The position numbers were made by a program, and so were the translations under genes. Under the pieces are notes generated by a model. The model was not told the DNA's origin. It did no database searches and saw only the letters and a list, made by a program, of their open reading frames with translations. DNA of 64,000 nt, taken from positions 20,213,476 through 20,277,475 of the forward strand of contig CM119267.1 of NCBI GenBank assembly GCA_051294375.1, in the 5' to 3' direction. Origin of the DNA: Paraspadella gotoi. Its lineage: Eukaryota > Animalia > Chaetognatha. This document shows, piece after piece, positions 51,319 through 64,000 of the stretch; position 1 is the stretch's first letter, and each line of letters starts with the position of its first letter.

Positions 51319-53912
51319 CTCTCTCTCTTCATTTCTTTACCCTCTCGTTCCCTACCCCACTTGGAAAGGCGTCAGGAAAAAAAGGTCGAAAGACACAGCT
51401 CCATAAAACGAATGGGCGAAATTAAGAGGCAGAGAAAATCACCACAAAAAAGGAAAGGCGTCAAAGAAAAGAAAAGAAAAGAAAAAGAAAAGAAAAGAAA
51501 GGAAAAGAAAGGAAAAAAAAGAAAGAAAGAAAGAAAAGAAAAGAAGAAAAGAAAGAGAAGAAAGAAAGAAAGAAAGAAGAAAGAGAAGAAAGAGAAGAAG
51601 AAAAGAAGAAAGAGAGAGAAAGGAATCCAAATAACGCTGAGGAGGCCGATCTAGAGAAAAAGGAAAAAATAACCAGAAAGGTGAGGAAGAGAATTAGAAG
51701 AAGAGATAAGAAAGAGTGAGAGTTAAAGTGCTGACGAAAAGAAAGACAAAGAAATAAAGATAGAAAGATAGATCATAATGAAATTAAAGAATAACAAAAC
51801 GACGGAAAGTAAGAAAGAAAATGGTAGTTTTAGCATTTAATTAAGTAGACAGGGATTTCAGCATGAAACCGAGGTGGAATCATTGATAGAAAAGTAGACC
51901 AGAAGACGTGTCAATTTTGATTCCATCTCGGTGATTTCTCCCCGAGTCTTTGATCCGGTTCCATCTCTGTATCTCCTGTAATGATAGATAAGATTAAAAT
52001 ACAGAAATGAAGACGAAAACGGTAAAATAAAGAAAAATGAGTAGGGAGAGAGAAATAAAGAATGAAAGGACAAAAAAAAAAGAAAGAATGAAAGAAAGCA
52101 ATGTTTAAAAAAGAAAGCAAGAGAGTAAAAGAAAGCTAAGAGAAAGCAAGAGAAAGAGAAAGAACTGAGAAAAACGACGCCCTTGTTCCGGAGTCAAAGG
52201 TCAGACAAAAGGCAAAATGCCGTCGTCGACCTGTTTCCCTTTTTTTTTTTTGGTCAGTTTCTCACTCTCACGCTCAACTCTCCCCAGGGATTGGTTTTAA
52301 ACGCAGGAAGATATTCGAAGGGAGGGAAAGAAAAGTGATGTGTGTAATAATATTACATTTTAATACATATTACATATTATTATTACCAATATCGAGGAAG
52401 TTAAAATACCGATTTAGCTTGTAATTGATTTAAACTGTAGAAAGGAGGAGACTAATGTACTGTATTGAGTGATTCACTTGATGTGTGAAGGGGTAGACTG
52501 GGGAATGGACAGTCGGCGAAGGGGCGTTGATTTGATAGTGGGTAGCGCGGGCACTGCCACGGTCGAATAACGACGTTGGACCGGAATCGGTGACCGTCGT
52601 GTCTCCAAATCGTTTCGCCCCCCCAAAATTTTTGTCGCGTGGATTCTGGCTCATTTTCAAATCCGTTCTCCGGGGCACAATTTATTTTTATTTATATTTA
52701 TATGTTGTATTAAAAAACAAAAGATTCCAGATTAAGCCGCTCTCTCTGTCCGCTATCGATTTTGTTCTATGTCAGGTTATTTTATAGTTTTCAGAAGATT
52801 AATTTTTAAAAATCTAAATTGCCGTAATTTTATTTTTATTGAATAAAAATAATTTTGAAAATTTAAAGAGAATTCATAAAAAAATATCCATTAACGATAA
52901 TAACGATAATTGTTAATTATCTTTTGTTAAATTGGCGAAGATGATATTGACATTGACAGCAGAACCAAGTCAGTTATATTATCGTAATCACACTGTGAAT
53001 TCCTGAGGAAAAAAAAACGATGAAAATCGTGAATCGGGTTTCAGACCCGAAAAGGTTCACTGTGGTTTCGAAGGCGAAGTTATGGGAATTGAGAATGGGT
53101 TACGCGAGGTCGGCATCGGAATTATGATGGTGACAGGAGGATGAATGAGGATCGAAGGTGAGTTAAACTTATCGTCCAGAAAAGGTCAGTTTCGGGGATT
53201 TGACTCCAAAAAAAAAAAAAAAAGGTTACGAAAGCGGAGAGGAAATTTGTTTCACGTCGACGGTGTCACGTGACCTTCGACCTTGAATACAGAAGTGGCA
53301 TTTGAAATGGTTGGGAATAAAACAATCGTTGAATTAAAACATGATAGAAACAGATAATACTTTTTGAATTCTACGAAAATACGAAAAAAAACCCAGAAAT
53401 ACTGAAAAAGCATTAAAAAGAGAAAAGAAATGACGACATTTAAGTAATACAAACATACTAATGAAATAAGAAGAACGCGAAAAGAGAGATATAATACGTA
53501 TTACGTATATTCAGTTTATTCACTTTTGAATTCAACGAACGTTGAATAAACTACAGCACACATGAAAGTTATCAAACGATATTAAATCAATATTCGCCTT
53601 ATTTTTGTGGCTTTTGTGTCTCTGAAAGGTTGAGTAGAACTTTGTTTTGATAATTTCATATTGACTGTAGTGGAGGTAGTCAGAGTATTTAATCCACACA
53701 ACGTTAACATTGGCAAAAACAACAGTACTTCCACATCACGCATATTTACGATGGACTATCATTCGGAAAAGAAAAGAAAAATAATGCGGGTAGAATCTTC
53801 CGCGGTCATAATTCATTCCGAACGCCGCGGTTATTGCGAAATGCTATCGGAAGAGCGATGCTTTTAACAGTACTAACACGAGAGAGAGAGAGAGAGAGAG
53901 AGAAGAAGAGAG

Positions 53913-53947
<35 letters not shown>

Positions 53948-54098
53948 CTCCTTGGTAAATTCATAACGATTTCCGGCCAAAGCGCAGGATTCGTTTTGTT
54001 CGGCTGATTCGCGGACAGAATCCCTCGTTTCCCTTCTGTTTTCATTGGAAAATGGAAAACGTTTGATCGCAGGTGGCAGCACCTGTTTCATTTGGTTT

Positions 54099-54177
54099 CG
54101 GGATGGTGGCGAAAGAGGGAGGGAAACAAAAGGCAGAGCAGGTAGCTCGGGGCAGGGGAGAGAGAGAGAGAAGAGAG

Positions 54178-54236
<59 letters not shown>

Positions 54237-54329
54237 TATTTGAGAAGTAGCCGAGCAAACGAGGATAAGAGAAAAAAAGGACAGAGAGGGAAAGAGAGAG
54301 AGAGAAAGAGCAGACAGACAGAGAGAGAG

Positions 54330-54361
<32 letters not shown>

Positions 54362-54765
54362 CAGAGAAAAAGACCGCGGGCCATAACGTAATTTTACGCA
54401 TCACAATAACCGTTGACGTTTTGGGAGGAGAGAAAAGAAGAAAGTACATAACTCGAAATTTCTTGAATTATTCAACTTTTGCTCTTTTGTCTCAATCGCT
54501 CACCTTGAGTTTTTCTCATCGGGAGAGGCGTTGTGTTATATTCAATGTACATACATAAATAGATAAATAAAGTAATAATAAATAATAATTGATTGATAGA
54601 AAGATAGAATGATATATAGATAGATACATAGAACAACATCTCCAACTAACTAACATCTTCATAGTTCAAACCTAATCCATTTTTTTCTTTCCTTTCTTTC
54701 CCGCCTTCTCTCCCAATTTTTCTTTTGCTCTCGTTTTTGTTGTTTGTCGACTAATAACTTGTTTT

Positions 54766-54800
<35 letters not shown>
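54099..54800 (+). repeat. segment mirrored at 63285-64000 (mirror runs off the window)
   Basis: CGGGATGGTGGCGAAAGAGG at 54099 is the reverse complement of the window end. GTCGACTAATAACTTG at ~54746 mirrors ~63328-63343. Confidence 0.93.
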
Positions 54801-54846
<46 letters not shown>

Positions 54847-54909
54847 CCCCCTCTCCTCTCTCTCTATCTCCNNNNNNNNNNNNNNNNNNNNNNNNNCTCT
54901 CGTCTCTCG

Positions 54910-54954
<45 letters not shown>

Positions 54955-55199
54955 CCCCCTCTCTCTCTCTCTATCTCCCTCCTCATGCTCTCTCTGTTCT
55001 TTCTCTCGCCTCCAATGCGCCTCTCCTCATCACACACAGTCCTTTCATATCATTACCATCTTACGCATCAATCCCTGCTAAGCTACTCGTGTACGAAGCC
55101 TCGCTCCTTCCTTTTCTCTGCACTCCTTCCTCGTTCAAGTGTGATCGCTTTTTACGCAGATAAGAATGTTCGGCGCAGTGAGACGTGGCAAGACGCTAC

Positions 55200-57250
55200 T
55201 CGAGGCGAGCGACTCGACGACGACGACGACATCTCACGACTCACAACTATCGTAAACATCCCCGAGCCCGTTGTCAAACGGGGGATCAAAAACCGTTTAA
55301 TGCGATACAAATGAACTTATCGCCCGGCGCATTTTTTCTAATACTTTAGATACGGCACATATTCTGTGGCTAGCAACGCAGCAGAAGGTCGGAGACGAAT
55401 TCTTAATATCGTGTCTTTTTGTGTTTTGGCTCGGTGTTCGAGCAGAGTCACACGATGCGGACGTGGCGCGTGCGTCGGCTTCCCGTGGCGCTCAGTTTCG
55501 GCGTGCGGCGGGCGAAAGGAGTCCATAGTGAGAGCGTCTCGTCACGTCTGATTATATTACATGCTCGACAAAGACTGTATATGGTCATTATATGACACTT
55601 CCTGAGTACGTTATACCATGCATGTATGTAATATACGTTATGTACTCTCGCTCTACAGTTATCTCTATAGATAGCTTTTGGCAACGAATAAAACCCCTAC
55701 CACACGAACGATAGTAAATTAATGAGTACTAGAAACTAAATAAAATCCCCCACCACAAAACAAAAAATAATATTTCTAAATAATATAAATTGAAAATATA
55801 TGCGCAAGTAAATTTTATAGTATTCGTGTAATTAATAAAGAATCTAAGATATATGTAAAATACTGAAATTTATATATTAAGTTATAACACATAATATCAA
55901 CTATATCATGTAGCAAAACATTTATATGAAACACTGAGAGTAAACGTTGGTGCAAATCTTGCATACTCGTTTGCCAGGTCCGAAAGGTAAATGTAACAAT
56001 CTAAGTCAACTGTAAGTTGCGTAAATGTTTCAATGACATCAAATAGTCATTTCCTATTGCACTCGAGGCCACATCACCAAACGAGTCGCAGACTACATCG
56101 TATAGACGAAAATCATGACGCATCGATCATAGACCGCGTATATTAGCAACGTGCGATCGACAGACTTGCGATCGTTTCGCGTTTACAGCGTTAATATACA
56201 AATTATAGACGCAAAAGACGGCCTGTCGAGTCGTGCGATGCACGTGCAAAAGTGTCTGGAGGCGCCGCAAACAAATATAAAAAAGCTAAGTGCGCACAAG
56301 ACTATTAGAGTAGTCGCAGTATGAACTAGTCACCGCGCGCTCAAAACGCCAGCTGTCGGCCGTTGTCGGCGCCAGTGGGCGTCAGTTGACGCCGCTCTTC
56401 CCTATATCTTTCATTTCCCCATTTTTTTTTTTTTAATTTTTAATTTTTATTCTTTCTCTTTTACCTTAAAAAAAAACTCTTATTCATCTTTTGTTCTTTT
56501 ACAACTTGAACATTTTGTTTCTTTTAATAAACAGACTAAATACAGAATCAGCAATTGGAACGCCTCCAAAGACGAGTTAAATAGTTACGTGAACTGCGGA
56601 AACTTATCATCCTCTAAACGGTTTGAAATGGTCATTTGGTCTGGCTACGTATAGGTCTCGTCGAACCTACGTCTGATCAATTATTGCGGAGCAATCAGGT
56701 AAGATATCGCATTAGTCTACTGGAATCTAAGACACTAAGCTGGAGTAAATGAGATATAAATAAGACTAGAAACGCGTAGGTAGAGATAGAAGAGTAACCA
56801 AGAAGCCAAGTCATCGACGACTAATACAGAATTCATATGATCTGCGTCGAGAGTAACACTTGGAGCCGTAATGTCGCAATTAGAACATAGTGTTAAAAGT
56901 AGCACCTACAGCGAAGTAGATGGAAAAAAAGCAGAGACATATAGAAGACCAGACAGAGAGTGAAAAAATTTCAATCTTAAACCCCGACGATACTGATATA
57001 CTATATAATATATATCAATCCTGTATGATAAGTTAAAAAATACATGAATTAACAGAAGTATGGAATGAGATAAGTATATAATAAGAACCGAAGTCACCAA
57101 TGTTTGTAATTAATGATCCCGCTACAAATATAACACTTTAGAAGATAAATGCGCTATATTAGATGGCTTTTTAGAGAGCTTACTTTCACAACACCAGAAA
57201 TCAGTGAGTATATATCTTGAGAGTACAACGAGAGATGTGGTTAGTACGAG
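55200..57250 (+). repeat. highly noisy, insertion-rich direct copy of ~39820-41200
   Basis: Anchors: AAAAGCTAAGTGCGCA (56281 vs ~40484); TTCATCTTTTGTTCTTTTACAACTTGAAC (~56483 vs ~40647); ACTTTCACAA...GAAATCAG (~57182 vs ~41136). Confidence 0.85.
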
Positions 57251-57449
57251 TTCTTCGCATTCACTACTTCTGATGCGTGTCTCTGCGCTCTCGCGAGTTC
57301 TAAGTCACTTGAAGCCTCCTTCATTTCTTATGCCTTCTTAGTATTCTATTCCACAATGTTCTTTAGTACTTAATATAATAAACTGACATCGTGATCATCT
57401 TAATAGGCATTATAGCTACAGTACAAAGAATAAAAAATCAACGAGGAGT

Positions 57450-60400
57450 TAACACTAAATAAATAAATAAATAACATTAATCACTGTAGAAATATGCCAT
57501 ATTCCCAAAGTGTCCACCATCGCATGATTCGAATACAATCCACGTGATCCCTAGCGCATAAACTACCGAGCATACATAATATAGAATTATAAACTGAAAT
57601 GAACACAAAAAAAGATTATTAAGCTAGTAACTTCTGTTGTCCACGTGTCCCTGCCGTGTATCTCAACCAGTAATGGACACCCTATGAACTCGGCCTTTTT
57701 CTGCACTTTTAATTCGTCCCATCTTCGACTAAAAGCTTTATGTGAGTTGCTGTATATTAGGGTTCGTCCTTTCACTGGATTTCTAGTTGACAAGCGATTC
57801 GGAATACTATTCTCGCGAGTAGCTAGTATCTCTAAAAGGCAAGTACCAGCTTTTTAGTCGGTCTAGGTGACGGTTCAGCTTGATCATCTCGCCACTTTAC
57901 GTTCAGAATACTATTGTAGTCACTAAGATAATCAGCAGTCAGAAAAAGGTAACTGTGACTGACTGCGCAAGAACGAATGAGCAAAAATGAATAGCTATAA
58001 GTTAATAATACTCGTGTAGAAAGTAATCAAATACATATTTGAAACTATGCTTACATCGTAGCACTCTATATTTTATATATCGTATATCAAATCTAAATTA
58101 TAAAATTGCAAATCAATCAAACATTAAGTTATATTCGTGCCCGTGACGTGTCCAACCCTGTTCGATACTTATGAGCAATGTAATGATCTATTATAGAGTT
58201 TATACGTTTATTACTTAGATTATCCACCTAGATAAGATTCGAAGCCTTCATGTGTGTCTATGAATTACTTGGCTAAAATTGGCTTCCATGAACTGTATGG
58301 TAAATTATGCGGATATGTATGCAGAGACACGATTTTCTTTCTCATATATTTGGTGGTTGATAATCGTCTATTCCTTCTTCTCCCCTCTTTTTCAATATTT
58401 TTTATCTCGTCCCATATTTGTAGCTTACGATCTGTTCCGAGTTCTGTCTTGACAATACCTGCCCAGACCAACCTCATACAGTCATTGTTCGGTTTATATA
58501 ATATGCAGTCCTACCTTATCTTTCAACATACAGAGGAACACTAGAGAGAATAGTCATCGAATACTGTAAGTTGAATATAATATCAATATCGATCAATCGT
58601 AAAGTAGAATGAATACGGTTCAAAAAATCTGTTAAAAGAGAGAACAAAATAGTGAGCACTTATGGCTAATGACAACGAAAAACGATAAAATGACAAATGA
58701 AATAGGAGTCTTGACAATCGACTATCGTGTCCAATCTACACAGCGCTTAGCTCAGGTCGTAAACGATCAAACCTTTATGGAAAATTCGACATATCTATAC
58801 ATCAGCAGGACTTAAGTTTGAAATATCGTAAAACCTTTAGTATGGTGTAGTTTCTTACAATTTACTTTCGAGTAACATTTTTAAGTACACTGATTAAACC
58901 CACCAAGATTATCAGCAAACACTGCGACTCTGGCGACAGCAAAATCTGGATAGCTAATTTGCACAAGGATGTTAAAGATTTTTTTGTATATCAAATATAG
59001 CGTGCAGTGGAGCTTGTTAATTCAAAATAGCTTGCTACTTCCGACGCCAAGCGCAACTTAAGAATGCGATAAGCACAAGAAGACACTTATGAAATTTTTC
59101 AGTTGTGAGGAAATGTGTATGAGGATGCAGGAATATGTGGCCGATATGTATACAAAGAACGAAAAAACTAGAATATTTGAACGCGGAAAAGAGATACTAC
59201 TATTATTTATAGTACTTTCCGTACAACACATTTTCGTTTGTCACAGCGAGAAACATGGCGAAAACTGAAAAGATTATCCAAAATTGCTCTGAGCTTGATC
59301 TTTATAAAGTGTTTGCGTCTCGCTTCATGCGTCAACTGAAGTCGAGCTATTCACAATCACTCTCACTGCATCCCACAATTCTTGTTTCACATATCCTCCA
59401 CCAACTACGATCTCATTATCTCCGCTCTCAAAACTTTTCTCTTTCCATCGCCTCCCCGATTTGCTCGCTCGGGCAGAACTTTATAGTCTTTGCGTTTAAT
59501 ATTTAATCATTTAATATCCGCGTGAGATATATTTATTTATTTTTAACCTCTACGCCTTTATTAATCTTTCAGCCCTCTCATTCTTCGGTTCTTGTTCTCC
59601 CACTTTTCTCCCGATTTTGCCCATAACTCTACTTAGGGCATAGTGTTTTTTCATCGATGCTCTTTTTTTTTGTAGTTGGAGTAGGATTGTATTAATAGAC
59701 AACAGAGGGAGAAATATTAAAACAGATCGAGATAAAAGGAAAAAAAAATTTTTGAAAGGAGAGAGAGGAATGAGAAAAACATTAGGGAGAAGAAAAAACA
59801 AGTTTGGCATGCCATTGCTTATCATTGCGGTATTTTAATTATTAAAAGATTATTTAATTACACATTAATTACACGTTAATAATATTTAATTTAATAATAA
59901 TTATTTCAAATAGTTGAACACATTTTTTTCCAATTAAACTCATTTCACTCGGACGATTCCAGCGAAACTTGATTTTCTGCTTAATCACACACTTCTTTAC
60001 CACACACAAAAATTTCAAGTCAATGGCCCAATCCACACGAAATGCGTCAGCTAAATGACGAGCGGACGCATCATGGCTATTCTATATTGATGCGATATAA
60101 GGCACAAAGCATAAATAGACGGAATGCTGATAAGCAGATCCGGCTAATAAATGATGAAAAGAAGGATGATTATAAGAATGGAAGGAAAAAGAAAGGAGAT
60201 AATGGACATATAAACTCTCTGTAATTCGTTTCTCCTGATTTCCTTTGTGAAAGTGTTTAAAAAATATTAACTATCAATATTTTGTTTAAAAAACATTACC
60301 GTTCATATTACTTCATTACTCTGTTTAATCATGATTTACTTTCATACAATGTAAATATTAAATTATCCATCGTCGGGGTTTATTAGAATTTATGTGGTTT

Positions 60401-63280
60401 TATATGTCGTCTATTATGTGCGTGCTATTAAAATATGTCATCGATTAGGCTGAGCTTACTGAGAGATCATTGCATTCTGATTAGATTCCGATGCTTGCTT
60501 TTGCTTACCAACCAGTCCAGACCATACTTGATCCCAGAGACTTGCTTTTACCTGATTGCTGCCCGCAATATTGATAGACGAGTCGAAGACGATGACCTAA
60601 CGAGCCACGACCAAATGAACCATTCACCGTTTAGAGGATAGAAATTCCGCAGTCACGTAACTATTACTCGTCATTGAGCCGTACCAATGCTGATTCTGTA
60701 TTTATCTGTTATTAAAAGAAACAAAAGTTCAAGTTGTAAAAGAACAAAAGATAAAAGAAGTTTTCTTTAAAGGAAAGAGAAAAGATAAAAATTAAAATAA
60801 AAAAAAAAATGAAAAAAAGAAGAGAAAAGAAAGGGCGCCAAACTGACGCCCACGCGCCGACAACGCCGACAGCGGCGTCAGCGCCGACCTCGCTCTCCAA
60901 AGTCTTGCGCACTTAGCTTTTTTTTTTGCGCGCGCATTGCACGTACATCGCCGCTCGCAGATGGCGTCTTGCTGCCAATTTCACATCCGTGGCGCGCAAA
61001 TCGAGTCTTCGTCCATCTATCGCGGTCTATGAGAGCTCGGAATTTCGCTTGTGAGTCCTCCGTGTTGGGCTGAGGTCCTCATTTGGACGCTGAATTATGC
61101 TTACTCCCCTTTTACTCATGTTCACACACACTTTGGCAAAAATCTCTTTCCACTATTCTCTTCTCTCTCACATCTCATAATCCTCTCTCTCTTACTAATT
61201 CTCTCTCCTCTGTCCTCTCCTCTCTCCCCTGTCTCTTCGAATTAGTCTCTTTACTACAATGTCTTACCTTACTTTAATTCATAAACTCACTTTAAGACTA
61301 TTTCTTTTAAAATTAAGTAAGGTATTCTTCTCTGTCGCCGGTTCGGATACCTTTCTACTCCATTTTCCTTTCATCCACTCTTTTCATACTTTTCTATTTC
61401 TTGCCCTGGCCTGCTCTCTCGTGCGACATTGTTCCTGCTCCCCTTCTGCTGCATCTCATCATCCGATTTTGTGGGCCAACGTATCCTCTATTGGACAACA
61501 CCACGTTAAATTCTTATAACTCGGTGGCCCACTCATCTATCATATAGACAGATCATTTAACTCATGTTACCGGACTCTCTCAATCTCCGCCGCCGCCGCC
61601 GCATCGACAGTTCACCATGCCTTTAATTATATCAATGGGCGGCTCGTCTGAGTCACTGCCCGCCATACCCGCCGCATTTGTCCCCCGTATCGCAAAAAAC
61701 ATATATCACGACAGAATAAACATGGTTCTTTTTATTTTCCTCCCTTCTGATCTTCTCACTTTCCACATGTTCGTTTAGTCCGCTCTTTTGGCTATTATTA
61801 TCTAATCCATATCCACTAGTTTTTTTCCCCGTTCGCAACCGCATGTCTTTCTCAACACAACCGGGAGGATGCTCTTACACGTTTCCCTTATGGGTCATGA
61901 TGTCGTGCCACCCGGCGTCGTCCACTGCGTGCATCGATTTCCGGTTATCCGCGCCTTATTCTGTCTCATCCTCGTGATTGCCGGCCACACAGAATGCCGA
62001 GCGGCTCTCGGCAGAGATTAAAATACGTAGACTCTGTCACTTTTTGCTGCTTGCGATAAATACCAATTCCCTCAGATACACTGTAAACCAAGATAGTACT
62101 AATTATAAAGTAAATTTTCGTCCCAGACACGATCAAGAGTGGACATAGAGTATAGGCGAGCCGCGGACGAAGGTTAGATCCAATTTCTGTGGAACTGAGA
62201 TTTGATTTTTTGTGATACTATGCGTGCTATGATGCGCGTGAGGGTTACTCCTTTTTGTAATTTCAATCTTGATATTCTCTGTGTTTTTTTCTGATTTTTT
62301 TGTGGTTTGTTCTTATTGTTGATATATTTTCCCAGCAGGCCCCAATTTTTTTTTTGTTCGTTTTTTGGGTTTTTCTTACTACCTCTCCTCTAACTCTGTA
62401 CTGAAGGAGATATGATTATACATAGGTATGGCAGGCACAGGGAAGAAGAAATAAAAGGAAGAACTCTCTTCACCCCCAGTGACTAGAAAATCAAATCGGA
62501 ATGATAGAAGTAGTAGCCAGCCGTCCGAGAGAAGAAGCAAAATGTTTTCCTAAATTGCAAAAGGTCGCAGATGCAAGCCTCACGGCGAGCAAAAAAAGTC
62601 CGCAAAAAGGGGCAGAGGTCGACAACCGCGGACTCGGAGAGACATGTCAAAACTTGATCCGCGATGTGACGCGAAACTAAAATTCATGTAATTTGTCGCG
62701 GTCCCCAGAAATCTCTTGTCTGGCCAAAATCGTTTACTGATTTGCAGATTTTACACATCCAAACCCCCCACCAGTTATGTTAATTCAACTAAGAAGTTGA
62801 CATCAACCATTGATAAACACACGAGAAATACACTGCGCGCTAATACGATCAACGAATCCGCGTGACGTTCGGCCCGACGGCGCCAATTAGACGAGGATGA
62901 CCGCAATCGTGACTAAAGAGGATGGATGCGTAACTCGTGACGTGAAAATCGCACGTGCGCCCTCAAGGTCTCTTGTCAGCGTCGTTTTGCGTCTTGTCGT
63001 CTCTGTTTTTCGTCAATCGTCGACAAAGGTTAGAAGTTTCTCATTTTCAATTACTTAATTCTTAACACCTCACTGGAAAACATGGAAGTAACTAAAATTT
63101 GAACAACGTCAAATTTGATCTTCGTTTGTTTAAAATACAAATAATATTCTTGTAATGCGAACAAAGATAGCCTAAGCGCCAAAAGACAAAACATCGAATA
63201 TTATTTTACACGCTTAAATAAGGTAAAAAACAAAGAAGGACGAGTAATATATTATTTGTCACGATCGCTACACGTTAAAC
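57450..63280 (-). repeat. inverted copy of ~39030-43210, accurate at ~59400-61090 and very noisy on both sides
   Basis: 59430-59800 mirrors 41620-42010 closely. CCATATTCCCAAAG at ~57497 mirrors ~43167. CGCAAAAAGGGGCAGAGG at ~62601 mirrors ~39583-39600. Confidence 0.85.
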
Positions 63281-63282
63281 AG

Positions 63283-63323
<41 letters not shown>

Positions 63324-63732
63324 AAAACAAGTTATTAGTCGACAAACAACAAAAACCGAGAGCAAAAAGAAAATTGGGAGAGAAGGCGGGAAAGAAAGGG
63401 AAAAAAATGGATTAGGTTTGAACTATGAAGATGTTAGTTAGTTGGAGATGTTGTTCTATGTATCTATCTATATATCATTCTATCTTTCTATCAATCAATT
63501 ATTATTTTATTATTACTTTATTTATCTATTTATGTATGTACATTGAATAAACACAACGCCTCTCCCGATGAGAAAAACTCAAGGTGAGCGATTGAGACAA
63601 AAGAGCAAAAGTTGAATAATTCAAGAAATTTCGAGTTATGTACTTTCTTCTTTTCTCTCCTCCCAAAACGTCAACGGTTATTGTGATGCGTAAAATTACG
63701 TTATGGCCCGCGGTCTTTTTCTCTGTCTCTTC

Positions 63733-63763
<31 letters not shown>

Positions 63764-63859
63764 CTCTCTGTCTGTCTGTCTCTTTCTCTCTCTCTCTTTC
63801 CCTCTCTGTCCTTTTTTTCTCTTATCCTCGTATTTGCTTTCGGTTCACTTCATCGATAA

Positions 63860-63941
<82 letters not shown>

Positions 63942-64000
63942 CCCTGCCCCGAGCTACCTGCTCTGCCTTTTGTTTCCCTCCCTCTTTCGCCACCATCCCG

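Noticed and set aside
53265-53274. Perfect GTCACGTGAC (CLEAR/E-box)
   Set aside because: An isolated 10-mer with no identifiable gene or TSS nearby.

Overview
Eukaryotic, probably invertebrate-animal, AT-rich scaffold segment. It is dense in (GA)n/(TC)n and (GAC)n/(GTC)n microsatellites and has ten N-gaps. No gene could be named, and there is no rRNA, tRNA or CRISPR array; most ORFs in the supplied track are translations of microsatellites or N-runs. About two thirds of the window is multi-kb inverted or direct self-duplication: 3627-10470 mirrors 15101-21957, with further nested copies at 10475-15100; ~26275-33246 mirrors 33380-40230; and 54897-64000 is noisy copies of 39-43 kb and 54.1-54.8 kb. 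Each duplicated block begins next to an exactly 25-N gap, the copies differ mainly by 1-nt indels, and junctions sit in GA/TC repeats. My leading interpretation is therefore long-read gap-filling or fold-back chimera artefact rather than a new biological system. The credible biology is mobile-element content: (1) a 629-bp internally deleted Tc1-like element with TA target duplication, present in one of three copies of its locus; (2) a 2.5-kb foldback element with ~1.1-1.2-kb arms; (3) a TIR element carrying head-to-head telomere-like repeats; (4) several DINE-1/Helentron-associated (HINE)-like elements. There are also three minisatellites (12, 29 and 46 bp; the last has CCAAT/GC-box-like motifs), one plausible symmetric coding exon with a PP1-type RVxF motif, and a consensus RFX X-box in a CpG-rich island. 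All alignments were made by eye, so coordinates are approximate unless single bases are cited.
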